Shown here piece after piece: positions 1 to 9,838 of a stretch of DNA of 64,000 bases (its first letter is position 1; the number at the start of each line of letters is the position of its first letter). The notes beneath the pieces were generated by a model. The model did no database searches, was not told where the DNA came from, and saw only the letters and a program-made list of their open reading frames with translations. A program made the translations under genes and the position numbers. This stretch comes from Burkholderiales bacterium. GTDB lineage: Bacteria > Pseudomonadota > Gammaproteobacteria > Burkholderiales > JAHFRG01. The stretch covers positions 155 through 64,154 of the forward strand of contig DASPRE010000010.1 of the NCBI GenBank assembly GCA_035624615.1, written 5' to 3'.

Positions 1-260
1 CCGCTGATTTCGCAAAGCACCTGTCCTGCCCGGATGGTGTCGCCGTCGTGTAATCTCCAGTGGATCTTCACTTTGGGATCGAGATTCCGGAAGCACGCTT
101 CAAACCATGCTGCGCCGCACAGCACCGCTTCCTCCCGGGCGACAACCTTTGCCTTGGCGCGCGCGCTGGTGGAGATCAGCTTTGCAGTCAAATCGCCTCC
201 GCCCGAGTCTTCCTTGAGCGCCGCTTTCACGTTTTCCCGGATTGCTGATGCCAGATTCAT
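1..260 (-). CDS. nadC: Quinolinate phosphoribosyltransferase (nicotinate-nucleotide pyrophosphorylase), N-terminal part; the gene runs off the window start
   Basis: Absent from the ORF track because it has no stop inside the window. Reverse-strand ATG at 258-260, open to position 1. Translates MNLASAIRENVKAALKEDSGGGDLTAKLISTSARAKAKVVAREEAVLCGAAWFEACFRNLDPKVKIHWRLHDGDTIRAGQVLCEISG, the conserved NadC N-terminal pattern (ED.G.GDLT, REE.VLCG). Confidence 0.8.
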   Translation of the reverse strand, partial: MNLASAIRENVKAALKEDSGGGDLTAKLISTSARAKAKVVAREEAVLCGAAWFEACFRNLDPKVKIHWRLHDGDTIRAGQVLCEIS

Positions 261-412
261 TTTTCCCCTCTATTAGCGATTCTATCCGATTGAGAAGGAG
301 CGGGCGGAAACGAGCGGCCAAATAGTTAGAGAAGATTTTTTATGGCAAGACCAGCGAGACTAAACGGCAACCGCCAGAAAGCCAAAGACAATTTCCACGG
401 CATGCACTATTT

Positions 413-1096
413 CTAATCCGATTCCTCCACAATCCGCACCAGCTCGGTGAGTTTGCTCAGTGTTGCTTCTGGTAAGTGACCGAGTTCGTCGGCAGGGTTG
501 CCGGCGCGGTTGATGCAAAATGTTCTCAGGCCGAAAGACGCTGCCCCGCAGATATCCCAGTAGTTGGAAGAAACGAAACCGATTTCGCTTTTTTTCACCT
601 TCAGCTTTTTCGGCGCGAGCGCGTATACACTTGGATCAGGCTTGAATATTTTTACTTCATCCACGCTGATGACCTTGTCAAAAGTTCTTGTCATGCCGTT
701 GTTTTTCACCAGGGCTTTCAGCATGCGCGGCGAGCCATTGGAGAGTATCGCAAGTTTCAAATGGGACAACGCGGCCAGCGCGTCCTTGACTTCAGGGTAA
801 GGCTTAAGGCGAGAATAAGCCTGCATCAGCCGCTTGCGCGATTCGGTCGGGCAATCGAGTTTAAGAGACTTGCACGCGAATTTGAGCGCTGCCTCGGTAA
901 CTCTTTCAAAATCCTGATAACGCCCCATCAGGCTCTTGAGCCAGGTGTATTCCAGCTGCTTTGCGCGCCAGGTTTGGCTTAATTGCGTTCCTTGGCCCGC
1001 GAAGAGTTCATCGCAAAGTTGAATTACCGAATGCACGTCGAACAACGTGCCGTAGGCGTCGAATACCAGCGCCTTGATTTGCGTCCCGCGCTTCAT
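413..1096 (-). CDS. Haloacid dehalogenase type II (L-2-haloacid dehalogenase-like HAD hydrolase)
   Basis: 227-aa ORF with the FDAYGTLFDV nucleophile motif, WRAKQLEYTWL, SNG, KPD and VSSNYWDICGA, the type II HAD dehalogenase signature set. Its ATG overlaps the cydX stop codon (ATGA at 1093-1096). Confidence 0.85.
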   Translation of the reverse strand: MKRGTQIKALVFDAYGTLFDVHSVIQLCDELFAGQGTQLSQTWRAKQLEYTWLKSLMGRYQDFERVTEAALKFACKSLKLDCPTESRKRLMQAYSRLKPYPEVKDALAALSHLKLAILSNGSPRMLKALVKNNGMTRTFDKVISVDEVKIFKPDPSVYALAPKKLKVKKSEIGFVSSNYWDICGAASFGLRTFCINRAGNPADELGHLPEATLSKLTELVRIVEESD

Positions 1097-1209
1097 TCCT
1101 TATGCTGCTGGTCTTCCCGGGAAAAATATTCCGCCTCCAGCCACATCACGTTGATGATGCCGAATGCGAGCGCCACGCCGACGCCTAGAATCCATGCAAA
1201 GTACCACAT
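1093..1209 (-). CDS. cydX: Cytochrome bd oxidase small subunit CydX (38 aa)
   Basis: Below the 60-aa cutoff of the ORF track. Reverse-strand ATG at 1207-1209 with GGAG 7 nt upstream. Translates MWYFAWILGVGVALAFGIINVMWLEAEYFSREDQQHKE. The MWYFAWILG start is identical to E. coli CydX, followed by a single TM helix. It sits directly downstream of cydB. Confidence 0.9.
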   Translation of the reverse strand: MWYFAWILGVGVALAFGIINVMWLEAEYFSREDQQHKE

Positions 1210-1219
1210 CGACTATCTC

Positions 1220-2362
1220 CTAGTAAGCGGTATGTTCATTATCGCGAATTGACTGGGTAGTAATCTTGCCGCGCAGCACTCGATATACCCAGGACGTGTA
1301 ACCGGCAACTATCGGCAAAAAAACCACTACCACCCAGAACATGATTTGCAAAGTTCGGTGGCTCGACACCGAATCCCATGCCGTCAGACTGCTGCCTGGA
1401 AAAGTTGAAGAAGGCATGATAAATGGGAACATTGCCAGCCCGGCGGTCAATATCACTCCCGCCACCGCCAGAGCGCTAAAAACAAAAGCAGTCCCCGCGC
1501 GATCAGCTATGGAAAGCAACACCACAATTGCCGTTGCGCCTATCGCCAATATGGGCACAACGATAGTCCAAGGATAAAGCGCATAATTGCCGAACCACGC
1601 GCCGGAGGCTTTTTCCACCACCTTGGCGAGCGGCGTCATCACGGAATTCGGCGAGGGCATGGAGGCGATTTTATATCCGTCGATCCCGAACGCAACCCAC
1701 AAACCTGCGAGCACAAAAGCGACGGTGAGCACGATACCTGAGAATCTTACGGCAGTTTTGGCACGCGCGTAGATTTCGCCCTCGGTGCGGTTTTGCAGAT
1801 AGACCGCGCCGTGCATGACGAACATCGAGAGGCTCACTATTCCGGCCAGCAGTGCAAATGGATTTAACAGCCCCCAGAACGAGCCGGTGTAGGTGACACG
1901 CAAATCGGCGTCGAACTGAAACGGTACGCCCAACAGAAGGTTGCCGAACGCCACCCCGAAAATCAGCGCTGGAACCGTGCCGCCGGCAAACAGTCCCCAA
2001 TCCCAAGCATTGCGCCAGCGGGGGTCGTGAACTTTGCTGCGGTAGTCAAAGCCGACCGGCCGAAAGAACAGCGCGAACAGGGTGAGTATCAAAGCGATGT
2101 AGAAACCGGAAAAGGCCGCTGCATAAACCAGCGGCCAGGCCGCGAAAATGGCGCCGCCGGCAGTGACGAACCAAACCTGATTGCCCTCCCAGGTCGCGCC
2201 CACCGAGTTGATGATGACGCGGCGTTCCTCGTCGTTTTTGCCGAGGAAGGGAAGCAGCGTTCCGACCCCCATGTCGAAACCGTCCATCACGGCAAAACCA
2301 ACCAGCAGAACGCCGACGAACAGCCACCAGATGAACTTAAGCGTCACATAATCGAAAATCAT
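1220..2362 (-). CDS. cydB: Cytochrome bd ubiquinol oxidase subunit II
   Basis: 380-aa polytopic membrane ORF. The N-terminus [34 protein letters not shown] is typical of CydB. Its start overlaps the cydA stop by 4 nt. Confidence 0.95.
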   Translation of the reverse strand: MIFDYVTLKFIWWLFVGVLLVGFAVMDGFDMGVGTLLPFLGKNDEERRVIINSVGATWEGNQVWFVTAGGAIFAAWPLVYAAAFSGFYIALILTLFALFFRPVGFDYRSKVHDPRWRNAWDWGLFAGGTVPALIFGVAFGNLLLGVPFQFDADLRVTYTGSFWGLLNPFALLAGIVSLSMFVMHGAVYLQNRTEGEIYARAKTAVRFSGIVLTVAFVLAGLWVAFGIDGYKIASMPSPNSVMTPLAKVVEKASGAWFGNYALYPWTIVVPILAIGATAIVVLLSIADRAGTAFVFSALAVAGVILTAGLAMFPFIMPSSTFPGSSLTAWDSVSSHRTLQIMFWVVVVFLPIVAGYTSWVYRVLRGKITTQSIRDNEHTAY

Positions 2363-3921
2363 GCGCGCACTCCAGCGGTTTCATAGTGGTAGCCGCCGGT
2401 TCCAAGGCTGCTCGGTCCCAGCCTCGCGTATTTGAACATAAGGTACAGTTCCACGATGAGCAAGAAAGTGTAGAACAAAATAAATCCAGCGAGGCTAAAA
2501 TAAACATGGCCCGTTGTTAAGTTGGAACTGCTCAGGAAAGTCGGCAGCACGTCGGAAATAGTCCATGGCTGGCGGCCGTATTCTGCGACGACCCAGCCCA
2601 GTTCAGCCGCAATCCACGGCAGTGGGATGGAGTAAAGCGCCACCCACAGCAGCCACGTTTGATGTTGAACATCGCGCTTGGCGCAGAAATAAAAAGCGCA
2701 GGAAAAAATCAACAAAAAGAGAAATCCGAGTCCGACCATGAAGCGGAACGACCAGAATACCGGCCAGACTTTCGGTATGGTGTCGTTGGCCGCGTTGACT
2801 TTCTGTTCCAGGGTCGCATCTACCACATTGGGCGTGTATTTTTTGAGCAGCAGGGCGTAACCCAAATCATCCTTGTGCTTCGCAAAGGCATCCAGCACTT
2901 CCTGGCTTTTGTCCCCGTTGCGCAGCTTTTGCAACGCGGCATAGGCGATGACGCCGCTTTCTATGCGCTTCAGGTGATTCGCCTTGAGCTCTTTAATGCC
3001 GAGCACTTTTTCATCCACCGAGTGGGTCGCTATCAAGCCGAGCATATAGGGAATATGAATCGCATAATCGGTTCGCTCCGTTACGTCATCGGGGAACCCG
3101 AAGGCCGTGAACGAAGCCGGAGGTTTCTGCGTTTCCCATTCTGCTTCGATTACTGCAAGTTTGACCTTTTGCACTTCGCCGACGGTGTAGCCGCTTGAAT
3201 CGCCGAGTACGAGGACCGACAAAGTGGACGCGAGCCCAAACCCGGCGGCAATGGCGAAAGAGCGCAGGGCGAAGCCAATGTCGCGGTTTTTGAGTAGGTA
3301 ATAACTCGAAATGCCAAGAACAAACATCGAGCCGGTGACATAGCCTGCAGCAACAGTGTGCACGAATTTCACTCCCGCTACTGGATTGTAGAAGAGTTCC
3401 GAGAAGCTAAATAATTCCATACGCATGGTCTCGTAATTGAATTCCGCGCCCACCGGGTTCTGCATCCAGGCATTCGCGATCAATATCCACAGCGCCGACA
3501 GATTGGAGCCCAGCGCCACCAAAAAGGTCACCGCCAGATGTTGTCTCTTGGAAAGCCGCTGCCAGCCGAAGAAAAACAGTCCTACAAAAGTGGATTCGAG
3601 GAAAAACGCCATCAAGCCTTCGATGGCGAGCGGCGCCCCAAAAATGTCGCCGACGTAGTGCGAGTAATAAGACCAGTTGGTGCCGAACTGGAATTCCATG
3701 GTGAGCCCGGTGGCGACGCCCATTGCAAAGTTGATGCCGAACAGTTTGCCCCAGAACTTCGTCATGTCTCGATATACCGGCTTGCCGGTCATCACATAGA
3801 CCGATTCCATGATGACCAGAATCCACGACAATCCCAGCGTCAATGGTACGAACAGGAAATGGTAAAGCGCGGTGGCCGCAAACTGCAGCCGCGATAATTC
3901 AACGACTTCTGGGCTGGGCAT
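2359..3921 (-). CDS. cydA: Cytochrome bd ubiquinol oxidase subunit I
   Basis: 520-aa ORF with [32 protein letters not shown] and a long periplasmic Q-loop segment, the canonical CydA layout. Confidence 0.95.
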   Translation of the reverse strand: MPSPEVVELSRLQFAATALYHFLFVPLTLGLSWILVIMESVYVMTGKPVYRDMTKFWGKLFGINFAMGVATGLTMEFQFGTNWSYYSHYVGDIFGAPLAIEGLMAFFLESTFVGLFFFGWQRLSKRQHLAVTFLVALGSNLSALWILIANAWMQNPVGAEFNYETMRMELFSFSELFYNPVAGVKFVHTVAAGYVTGSMFVLGISSYYLLKNRDIGFALRSFAIAAGFGLASTLSVLVLGDSSGYTVGEVQKVKLAVIEAEWETQKPPASFTAFGFPDDVTERTDYAIHIPYMLGLIATHSVDEKVLGIKELKANHLKRIESGVIAYAALQKLRNGDKSQEVLDAFAKHKDDLGYALLLKKYTPNVVDATLEQKVNAANDTIPKVWPVFWSFRFMVGLGFLFLLIFSCAFYFCAKRDVQHQTWLLWVALYSIPLPWIAAELGWVVAEYGRQPWTISDVLPTFLSSSNLTTGHVYFSLAGFILFYTFLLIVELYLMFKYARLGPSSLGTGGYHYETAGVRA

Positions 3922-4114
3922 GGTTTGCGTCTTTATGGACAGTAGGCGCGGTAATCAAGGTGTTTCGCACACTGGTGGCATCGAGAGTTTTATCCTGCGG
4001 ATTGGAAAACCAGGCGAGCCAAATAAGATAGAGCGCTATCGCCTTGATTACCAGCATGAGTGTAATGTCACGCCCGAGTGGGGAGAAGCGCGGTCTGGCT
4101 CGTCGATCGCTCAT
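3899..4114 (-). CDS. Small membrane protein upstream of cydA (CydP-like putative cytochrome oxidase small subunit)
   Basis: 71-aa ORF starting at ATG 4112-4114. It has an Arg-rich N-terminus followed by one hydrophobic helix ([20 protein letters not shown]), and its 3-prime end overlaps the cydA start by 23 nt. Position and architecture resemble CydP-type proteins. The family call is from memory and was not searched. Confidence 0.5.
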   Translation of the reverse strand: MSDRRARPRFSPLGRDITLMLVIKAIALYLIWLAWFSNPQDKTLDATSVRNTLITAPTVHKDANHAQPRSR

Positions 4115-4157
4115 GTCCGGTTTAAAGCCTAGGGGGCAGGCTTAGAACGTTATTTTG

Positions 4158-4574
4158 TTAATGGTACATTTTTTTCAAATTATCGAAACCCGCTTGATAA
4201 ATGCCCTGAATTATTTTTATTGCCTCGTCCGCCTTTACGCCTTTTGGTTCAAATTTGCTGGACCACTCGACGGTCGAAGTTCCGTCGCCGTTGTCCTTGA
4301 CCCTGATCTCGGCAATATAGCCGTCAACCGGAAGCGGGCTGTCGGTAATCGAATAGCGGTAGAGCTTTTCCTTGCTGCTGATATGTTCCAAGCGTTCGAC
4401 GATACTGCCGCCCCCCACCAAACTCAGCTTGCGGGTTGAGCCCTTGCTTTCGCCGTCCGATACGCATTTTTCGACAGCGGGGTGCCAGTCACCCAGTGCA
4501 CCGAAGCGGCCTATTGCATCCCACAATATATTTGCCGGAACTACGAGCTTGGTTTCCATTCTGACCTTTGCCAT
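4158..4574 (-). CDS. SRPBCC (polyketide cyclase / Bet v1-like) family protein
   Basis: The track ORF 4158..4643 is trimmed to the internal ATG at 4572-4574, which has AAGGAG 7 nt upstream. This gives 138 aa starting MAKVRMETKLVVPANILWDAIGRFGALGDWHPAV... followed by beta-rich repeats, typical of the SRPBCC ligand-binding fold. Only 43 nt separate it from the cydP-like start, so co-transcription with cyd is possible. Confidence 0.7.
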   Translation of the reverse strand: MAKVRMETKLVVPANILWDAIGRFGALGDWHPAVEKCVSDGESKGSTRKLSLVGGGSIVERLEHISSKEKLYRYSITDSPLPVDGYIAEIRVKDNGDGTSTVEWSSKFEPKGVKADEAIKIIQGIYQAGFDNLKKMYH

Positions 4575-4656
4575 GATGCGCTCCTTGTGTATTGGCCGCG
4601 AATGGTCTATTTTCCTCCAAAACCAGGCAGCAAGCCAAATCATGCTGACGCGCCGC

Positions 4657-4684
4657 CTTGAAACAGCGCACTAACACCCCATTT
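4657..4684 (+). promoter_or_regulatory. Sigma-32 (RpoH) heat-shock promoter of clpB
   Basis: CTTGAAA (4657-4663), a 13-nt spacer, then CCCCATTT (4677-4684) followed by A. This matches the proteobacterial sigma-32 consensus CTTGAAA-N13-15-CCCCATNT and lies about 40 nt upstream of the clpB ATG, which has a GGAG Shine-Dalgarno. Confidence 0.75.
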
Positions 4685-4721
4685 ACTGGTACGACAGCCG
4701 GTTCCAAACCCCGGAGTAATT

Positions 4722-7301
4722 ATGCGCATTGATAAATTTACCACCAAGTTCCAACAGGCGCTTTCCGACGCGCAAAGCATCGCCGTCGGCCACGATAATG
4801 CTTATATCGAGCCGCAGCACCTGCTGCTGGCATTGCTTGAGCAGGAGGAGGGCGGCACTTCGTCTCTGCTGGGGCGCGCTGGTGTCAACGTGCCGCCTCT
4901 GCGCACAGCGCTCAAGAAAAGCATAGAAGCCTTACCCAAGGTCGAAAGCACTGCCGGGGAAATCAACTTGTCGCGCGAACTTGCCAACTTGCTAAACCTT
5001 GCCGACAAGGAGGCGCAGAAGCGCGGCGACCAGTTCATCGCCTCAGAGCTCTTTCTCTTGGCGTTGACTCAGGACAAAGGCGAGATCGGCAAGCTGTTCA
5101 AACAGCATGGCGCAGACCGCAAACATTTGGAACAGGCGATCAGCGCAGTTCGTGGTGGAGAAAATGTTGAGAGCCCCGAAGCGGAAGGCAGCCGCGAGGC
5201 GTTAAAGAAATACACGCTCGACATCACCGAACGGGCGCGCCAGGGGAAACTCGATCCCGTCATCGGGCGTGACGATGAGATCCGCCGCACTATTCAGGTG
5301 CTGCAGCGGCGCACCAAAAACAACCCGGTGCTAATCGGCGAGCCGGGAGTAGGTAAGACTGCGATAGTCGAGGGCCTTGCTCAGCGGATTGTTAACGGAG
5401 AAGTGCCCGAGACGCTGAAAAACAAACGCGTACTTGCGCTCGACCTGGCGGCTCTGCTAGCAGGCGCGAAATACCGCGGCGAATTCGAAGAGCGGCTTAA
5501 ATCAGTTCTCAAGGAACTCGCGAAAGACGAGGGACGGACGATTGTTTTCATCGACGAGCTCCACACCATGGTGGGCGCAGGAAAGGCGGAAGGCGCGATC
5601 GACGCGGGCAATATGCTGAAGCCGGCGCTGGCGCGCGGTGAGCTGCACTGCGTAGGCGCGACCACCCTCGATGAATACCGTAAATACATCGAGAAAGACG
5701 CGGCGCTCGAACGGCGTTTCCAGAAAATCATGGTGAACGAACCGACAGTCGAGGACACTATTGCCATTTTGCGCGGCCTGCAAGAGAAATATGAATTGCA
5801 CCACGGCGTCGAAATCACCGACCCGGCAATCGTCGCCGCAGCCGAACTTTCGCAGCGCTACATTACCGACCGCTTTCTCCCGGACAAGGCGATTGATCTG
5901 ATCGATGAGGCGGCGGCGCGCATCAAAATGGAGATTGATTCCAAACCGGAGGAAATGGACAAGCTTGAGCGGCGCTTGATTCAGTTGAAAATCGAGCGCG
6001 AGGCAGTGAAGAAAGAAAAAGACGAGGCTTCGAAAAAACGCTTGTCGCTAATTGAAGGGGAGATCAAGAAACTCGAAAAAGAATATGCTGACCTGGAAGA
6101 CGTGTGGAAGGCGGAAAAGGCCCAAGTCCAGGGTTCGCAGCACATTAAGGAAGAGCTGGAAAAGCTTAAGATCGAAATGGAAGCTGCCAAACGGAAAGGC
6201 GACTGGCAAAAAGTTTCTGAATTGCAGTACGGGCGAATGCCGCAGCTTGAGGCTCAGCTGAAACAGGCAGACAAATCGGGTGCCCACCAGGCAAGGCATA
6301 AACTGCTGCGGACTCAGGTCGGCGCTGAGGAAATTGCCGAGGTGGTATCGCGCGCTACCGGGATTCCAGTATCGAAAATGATGCAGGGCGAGCGCGAAAA
6401 ACTGCTGCACATGGAGCAAAGGCTGCATAACCGAGTGGTGGGGCAGGACGAAGCAGTACGCCTGGTTTCCGATGCTATCCGCCGCTCGCGCGCAGGTCTT
6501 GCAGACCCCAAGCGGCCTTACGGCTCATTCCTGTTTCTCGGTCCCACCGGTGTCGGCAAAACCGAACTGTGCAAGGCGCTGGCTGAATTCTTGTTTGACT
6601 CGGAAGACCACCTCATTCGCATCGATATGTCGGAATTCATGGAAAAGCATTCGGTGGCGCGCTTGATTGGCGCGCCGCCAGGATATGTGGGCTATGAAGA
6701 AGGGGGCTACCTTACCGAGGCAGTGCGGCGCAAGCCGTACTCAGTGATCTTGCTGGACGAGGTGGAAAAAGCGCATCCGGACGTGTTCAATGTGCTGTTG
6801 CAGGTTCTCGATGACGGACGCATGACTGACGGTCAGGGACGCACCGTGGATTTCAAGAACACGGTGATTGTGATGACCTCCAACCTCGGTTCGCAGATGA
6901 TCCAGCAGATGGCCGGCGATGACTACCAGGTCATAAAGCTTGCCGTGCTCGCCGAAGTGAAAACCTATTTCCGGCCCGAGTTCATAAACCGGATTGATGA
7001 AGTGGTGGTGTTCCACGCGCTTGATGAAAAAGATATCAAGTCGATCGCCAAGATCCAGCTCAAATTTGTTGAAAAGCGTCTTGCACAAATGGATATCAAG
7101 CTCGACATCAGCGATTCAGCGCTGGATGAGCTCGCCAAAACCGGATTCGATCCCGTATATGGCGCGCGCCCGTTGAAGCGCGCAATCCAGTCCCAGATTG
7201 AAAACCCGCTGGCTATGGAAATTTTGGAAGGCCGTATTGCGTCCAAAGACAAGATCAAAGTGGACTGCAAGAACGGCAAGTTCGTCTTTAACAAGGGGTG
7301 A
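4722..7301 (+). CDS. clpB: ATP-dependent chaperone / disaggregase ClpB
   Basis: 859 aa with two AAA+ modules (Walker A GEPGVGKT and GPTGVGKT) separated by a coiled-coil middle domain. The N-terminus [19 protein letters not shown] is typical of ClpB. Confidence 0.97.
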   Translation: MRIDKFTTKFQQALSDAQSIAVGHDNAYIEPQHLLLALLEQEEGGTSSLLGRAGVNVPPLRTALKKSIEALPKVESTAGEINLSRELANLLNLADKEAQKRGDQFIASELFLLALTQDKGEIGKLFKQHGADRKHLEQAISAVRGGENVESPEAEGSREALKKYTLDITERARQGKLDPVIGRDDEIRRTIQVLQRRTKNNPVLIGEPGVGKTAIVEGLAQRIVNGEVPETLKNKRVLALDLAALLAGAKYRGEFEERLKSVLKELAKDEGRTIVFIDELHTMVGAGKAEGAIDAGNMLKPALARGELHCVGATTLDEYRKYIEKDAALERRFQKIMVNEPTVEDTIAILRGLQEKYELHHGVEITDPAIVAAAELSQRYITDRFLPDKAIDLIDEAAARIKMEIDSKPEEMDKLERRLIQLKIEREAVKKEKDEASKKRLSLIEGEIKKLEKEYADLEDVWKAEKAQVQGSQHIKEELEKLKIEMEAAKRKGDWQKVSELQYGRMPQLEAQLKQADKSGAHQARHKLLRTQVGAEEIAEVVSRATGIPVSKMMQGEREKLLHMEQRLHNRVVGQDEAVRLVSDAIRRSRAGLADPKRPYGSFLFLGPTGVGKTELCKALAEFLFDSEDHLIRIDMSEFMEKHSVARLIGAPPGYVGYEEGGYLTEAVRRKPYSVILLDEVEKAHPDVFNVLLQVLDDGRMTDGQGRTVDFKNTVIVMTSNLGSQMIQQMAGDDYQVIKLAVLAEVKTYFRPEFINRIDEVVVFHALDEKDIKSIAKIQLKFVEKRLAQMDIKLDISDSALDELAKTGFDPVYGARPLKRAIQSQIENPLAMEILEGRIASKDKIKVDCKNGKFVFNKG

Positions 7302-7315
7302 GCGGCAGGCACGGA

Positions 7316-8353
7316 ATGTTGTTTCGCGAACTGAATCAGGGTAAATGCAAGAGCTATTTGCTGGCTTGCGAAACGACTCGCAAGGCGTCGTTAATTGACC
7401 CAATCCGGGAGAAGACTGATCGTTATCTGGCAGCGCTGGCGTATTTCGGCTGCAAGCTCGAATTAGCCATTGATACGCATACCCACGCCGACCACCGCAG
7501 CGGGGTGTTTGAGCTGAAGGAACTCACTAGCGCCAAAGTCGTTATGCACCGCCGTGCTCCGGCGCCGCACGTGGATATCCATGTACAGGACGGACAAACG
7601 ATAGATTGCGGGGAATTACGGCTGCGGGTATTGGCAACTCCTGGCCATACGCCTGACAGCATGAGCCTATATGCCGATGGAAAGGTCTTCACCGGCGATA
7701 CACTACTGATCCGCGGTACGGGGCGAACCGATTTTCAGGGCGGCGACCCCGGGTTGCAGTACGACAGCATTACCAAAAAACTGTTTGTATTGCCGGACGA
7801 CACTCTGGTGTATCCCGCGCACGATTACCGCGGCAATACTCAGTCCAGCATTGGAGAAGAAAAACGCCTGAATCCGCGCATTGCCAACCGTTCTAGAACC
7901 GAATATATGGAACTAATGGCAAAGCTGGGCCTGCCTTTGCCGACCAAAATCCAGGAAGTGCTGCAACCCAATCAAACAGCGCTTGATGACGACCGTATTG
8001 CTTTCCCTACCGTAGCCGAACTCAATCAGGTGCGGCAACTGAACCCTCTCGAAGTGCAGTCGCTGGTAAACAGCGATTCACCACCGCTCGTCCTCGATGT
8101 GCGGGAACCCAACGAATACAGCGGCGAACTGGGCCACATTCGCGGGAGCAAACTGATTCCGTTGAAAGACCTCGCCAGCCGTGCAACCGAATTGGAGGCA
8201 CTTAAGAACAAGCATGTCATCGCCATTTGCCGCGCCGGCGTGCGCAGCACTACCGCGGCCGCAATACTTACCAGCCTAGGTTTCGAGCATGTGTCCAACC
8301 TCCGCGGGGGAATGCTGGAGTGGAATGAACACAAGCTGCCGGTTGAACGCTAG
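7316..8353 (+). CDS. Persulfide dioxygenase (ETHE1-type MBL fold) fused to a C-terminal rhodanese domain
   Basis: The track ORF starts at GTG 7298, overlapping the clpB stop. ATG 7316 (MLFRELNQGKCKSYLL) fits ETHE1-like N-termini better. MBL motifs are DTHTHADHRSG, TPGHTPDS and PAHDY. The C-terminal rhodanese has the active-site loop CRAGVRS. Confidence 0.85.
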   Translation: MLFRELNQGKCKSYLLACETTRKASLIDPIREKTDRYLAALAYFGCKLELAIDTHTHADHRSGVFELKELTSAKVVMHRRAPAPHVDIHVQDGQTIDCGELRLRVLATPGHTPDSMSLYADGKVFTGDTLLIRGTGRTDFQGGDPGLQYDSITKKLFVLPDDTLVYPAHDYRGNTQSSIGEEKRLNPRIANRSRTEYMELMAKLGLPLPTKIQEVLQPNQTALDDDRIAFPTVAELNQVRQLNPLEVQSLVNSDSPPLVLDVREPNEYSGELGHIRGSKLIPLKDLASRATELEALKNKHVIAICRAGVRSTTAAAILTSLGFEHVSNLRGGMLEWNEHKLPVER

Positions 8354-8494
8354 CGGGCTGAAACAAGACTACTGGGGAGCCTGTCCGCTGCCGTTCACTC
8401 GCGAGCTCGCGCTGCCTCCTCTTTACTATTTTGCTTTCTGGTTCCTCGTCTTCTCCAACCGAGCTTTTTGCTACGCATTGTGCCGACAAGCAAA

Positions 8495-9229
8495 CTACAT
8501 TGCGACTATGTCCATAATGTCTTCGAGCATTGCGGCCAGCAATTGCTTGTCTTTTTGCTTGCTGGCAAATGTCGGATCGCCGTAGACCCCATCGGGAGAG
8601 TAATTCGTATGTAATTTATCGTTTCGTACCAATGCGCCAGACCGCATCTCACGTTTAGCCCACGGGCGGGCCAGTCTCATGTTTACTTTATCCGGAGCTA
8701 TAACGAGCATGATCGAAGTTTCCAGCTCATCGGCATGGCAGCCACAAGGTTGTTGCTTGACTTTTTTCTCGGCTTTTAAATAGCGCCGGCCATGATAGAC
8801 ACTGGCAAGTTTGACTGGCCGGCTTGTCCGCTCGATCACCTGTTCGAGTGGCGCAATGGTGCTGGTGCCGGTATTTAAAATTAAAATGGATTGGATGCCG
8901 CTGCCGAAAATGCTCCGTAAAGTTTCTTCCACTAGATTTTCAAAGGTTATTGCGCTGAGGCTGCAGCTGCCCGGGTAAACGGCGAAAGCCGGGTAATGGC
9001 CGTAGGTCAGCGTCGGCCACACTAGTACGTTGAATTTTTCTATGAGTCGCGAAGCCAGCCATTCTGCTTGCAGCTGGTCGGAATTGAGCGGTAAATGCCG
9101 TCCATGCTCCTTGGCGGCTGCGCCGACAGGCAAAATCGCGGATGCCCCGGACTGAATGTGCTGTTCGACTTCTGGCCAAGTAAGATCAGCGACCCATGCA
9201 CCGTGCTTTTTGGCTGTATTATTCGGCAT
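8495..9229 (-). CDS. Creatininase (creatinine amidohydrolase / ArfB-MftE-like) family protein
   Basis: The track ORF (347 aa) is trimmed to ATG 9227-9229 (244 aa). The discarded N-terminal part is low-complexity and overlaps the divergent methyltransferase gene. Family motifs are LPVGAAAKEHGRHLPL, GHYP and HADELETS. Confidence 0.8.
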   Translation of the reverse strand: MPNNTAKKHGAWVADLTWPEVEQHIQSGASAILPVGAAAKEHGRHLPLNSDQLQAEWLASRLIEKFNVLVWPTLTYGHYPAFAVYPGSCSLSAITFENLVEETLRSIFGSGIQSILILNTGTSTIAPLEQVIERTSRPVKLASVYHGRRYLKAEKKVKQQPCGCHADELETSIMLVIAPDKVNMRLARPWAKREMRSGALVRNDKLHTNYSPDGVYGDPTFASKQKDKQLLAAMLEDIMDIVAM

Positions 9230-9260
9230 CAACCAAAATTTTCGTAGAGTGTGGTGCGTT

Positions 9261-9791
9261 ATGCAACTGCAACATGAATTGACCGCGCCTTCTGATTGGG
9301 TATGCCGGTTTGTGAACTTGATCCCCGCGGGCGGTACCGTGCTGGACTTGGCCTGCGGCGCGGGCCGGCATACACGGCTGCTCGCCGGGCTTGGGTATAG
9401 CGTTGAAGCGGTAGACAGGGAAGAATCTGCGTTGCAAGACTTGCGGAGTATCGAGGGAGTGTCGATTAAATGCGCTGACCTGGAGCGCAGTCCGTGGCCA
9501 TACGACGGCCGGCAGTTTGCCGGGATTATTGTATGCAATTATCTGCACCGTCCCATTTTCTCACGTTTGCTGGAAGCCTTAGGGCGAAAAGGAGTACTGA
9601 TTTACGAAACTTTTGCGGTGGGCAATGAACGCTTCGGCAAGCCGAGCAATCCGAATTATCTGCTTAGACCCGGGGAATTATTGGAGGTCGTTCGCGGTCA
9701 ATTGCGTGTGATTGCCTACGAGGATGTATTTGTTCAGCAGCCCACACGCGCAATGGTGCAGCGAATCTGCGCACTGCGCGATAACGCCTAA
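9261..9791 (+). CDS. Class I SAM-dependent methyltransferase
   Basis: The track ORF is trimmed to ATG 9261 (176 aa). It carries the SAM-binding motif I VLDLACGAGRHT followed by an acidic residue at the end of beta-2 (VEAVD). Confidence 0.8.
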   Translation: MQLQHELTAPSDWVCRFVNLIPAGGTVLDLACGAGRHTRLLAGLGYSVEAVDREESALQDLRSIEGVSIKCADLERSPWPYDGRQFAGIIVCNYLHRPIFSRLLEALGRKGVLIYETFAVGNERFGKPSNPNYLLRPGELLEVVRGQLRVIAYEDVFVQQPTRAMVQRICALRDNA

Positions 9792-9838
9792 GAACCTGCA
9801 GGAATATAAGGTAAAATATCGCTTCTTATTATCAGGTA

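Noticed and set aside
476-982. Many long ORFs in the track lie antisense to, or out of frame with, strong homology-supported genes. Examples are 476..982+, 24091..24720-, 25542..26126-, 50739..51311-, 53487..54083-, 54195..54764-, 56849..57544-, 58845..59402- and 60362..60874-.
   Set aside because: Each lies wholly inside a gene with clear family motifs on the other strand or frame. Their translations are Arg/Ala/Gly/Ser/Pro-biased low-complexity sequence, typical of frame shadows in moderately GC-rich DNA, and I recognised no motifs in them.
9230-9538. The 103-residue N-terminal extension of the creatininase ORF, and the matching extension of the methyltransferase ORF (9156-9260), would make the two genes overlap head-to-head.
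   Set aside because: The extensions are low-complexity and lack family similarity. Internal ATGs at 9229 and 9261 give proteins whose N-termini fit their families, and the extensions are mutually antisense.
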